The notes under the pieces were generated by a model. That model searched no databases. It saw only the letters and a list, made by a program, of their open reading frames with translations, and was not told where the DNA came from. Below are positions 62,724-64,000 of a DNA stretch of 64,000 nucleotides, one piece after another. A program made the translations under genes and the position numbers. The stretch comes from Lophium mytilinum. Lineage: Eukaryota. The stretch spans positions 1,695,334 to 1,759,333 of the forward strand of contig MU004185.1 in the NCBI GenBank assembly GCA_010093605.1, read 5' to 3'. Numbering within the stretch: the stretch's first letter is position 1; each line of letters opens with the position of its first letter.

Positions 62724-64000
62724 CCTACCCTTCGTATGAGGACACTGCCGACCCCTCTTACACTCACAATAACGATCAGACCTCCGCGAGTTTGAACACA
62801 AAAAAGGATTGCAAGCCGCCACCACAACGCTGACGAGGATGCTGCGGTGTTAATGGCCAGCGCACGAGCCCGAGGCAGACACAACTAAAAACGCCCTGGC
62901 TGTTGGATGAGGGGAATCCAGCCCTACTAGCCCTGCTCCCGTTTCATGATTCGAGGAGATGACCTACCGTGGTTCGTCTATTCTGTCAGCGGAGCAGGAG
63001 GGCTTAGAATAATACGACGCGCGCGCATGAGCGATATCCGGTTCTACTACTGGACACGAGGCATGGCTCCCCACGCCGCTTGCCGCAGTCAGCTCGCCAG
63101 CGGAGGCAGAGAGGTAGCGTGATTGCCTAATGGGCGATAGGTGCCATGGTAGTGAGGAATGTCGTTGGATCTAGGTTGGTTGAGACGAGAATAGACTTCG
63201 CCGTACCAGCTATTTTTGGCGATTCGTCTCAATTGTCATTACGGCATTGCATCATTGATTATATGGAGGTACATACAGTCCCAAAATTGATAATGGGCAC
63301 GAAAATGATGAGGTTCAGATTCTCAGGTAGCTGAGGGATGAGAATGAAATGAGCCTCAGGGAGCCTCCTAAAGTTGAAGTTGCACGGGCCTCAAATTCGC
63401 CTGTCGCTAGAGTTATTCTAAGCCCCATCCAACACCCAAGCCTCTAGAAAAGCCTCTGTGAGGCTGATACTCCTTGTAAGGCTGAAACTGTGCTCGATTT
63501 GAGAGACATATTTACGGTTTCAACAGCCGTAAACTTGCATTAAACAGGAAGGCTAGGAAATCTAGTTCGCTAAACTCCCACGCGCCCCCCGCCCCCCCGC
63601 CGCTCACCACAAGAACACCGGCGGACCACGACAATTGGTGGGCAGTCAACAGTGCAATCCGTGGAATGAGACTACCACCATACTTCCAGATCTGTAAACT
63701 CTTTACCCAGCTACCCCAAGAGGATCATTAGGGTGAACAAAGCTGAGTCGGGTAGCACGTGACACTTAGTCATCTACAAGTCAGCCAAACGACTGATCTA
63801 TACACCCTGAACGGCGAAGCTAGTGCACCTAGTCGGCATGAAAATAGCAAGAATGTGATCCAATTTGGTCACGCTCTTTTGACTCTTTCTAACTCGACGG
63901 TCAGAGTAGATTTCACTATCGCCATGTCCTAAGAACTACATCACTGCCCTTGCTTGACTCCTTCACAGGATGGAAAAGACTTTAAGTATTGAAGAGATCT

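Overview
Eukaryotic DNA from a filamentous ascomycete (Pezizomycotina, Dothideomycete-like by gene content), with short GT-AG introns and CTRAY branch sites. About 19 genes are recognisable. Housekeeping-type genes: a CYSTM protein, SLA1, a PhoD-domain protein, KEX2, a DUF6594 protein, a GH43-like hydrolase and an RBR E3 ligase. Four accessory modules lie between them. (1) Zn2Cys6 factor + aromatic aminotransferase + 2-oxo-acid decarboxylase, an Ehrlich/indole-pyruvate-type cluster with CGG repeats in the divergent promoter. (2) Two MFS transporters plus a divergent deaminase/NCS2 permease pair in which the permease has altered substrate-binding residues. (3) A kinase and a Ras-like GTPase in one reading frame separated by a single stop, next to a HET gene and a decayed serine hydrolase. 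(4) A catalase - YAP-like bZIP - formate oxidase cluster plus an intronless MmgE/PrpD gene, bracketed by 121-, ~177- and 85-bp tandem arrays and RIP-like sequence. Family calls come from motifs read by eye and recalled family knowledge; no searches were run, and exon boundaries are manual.
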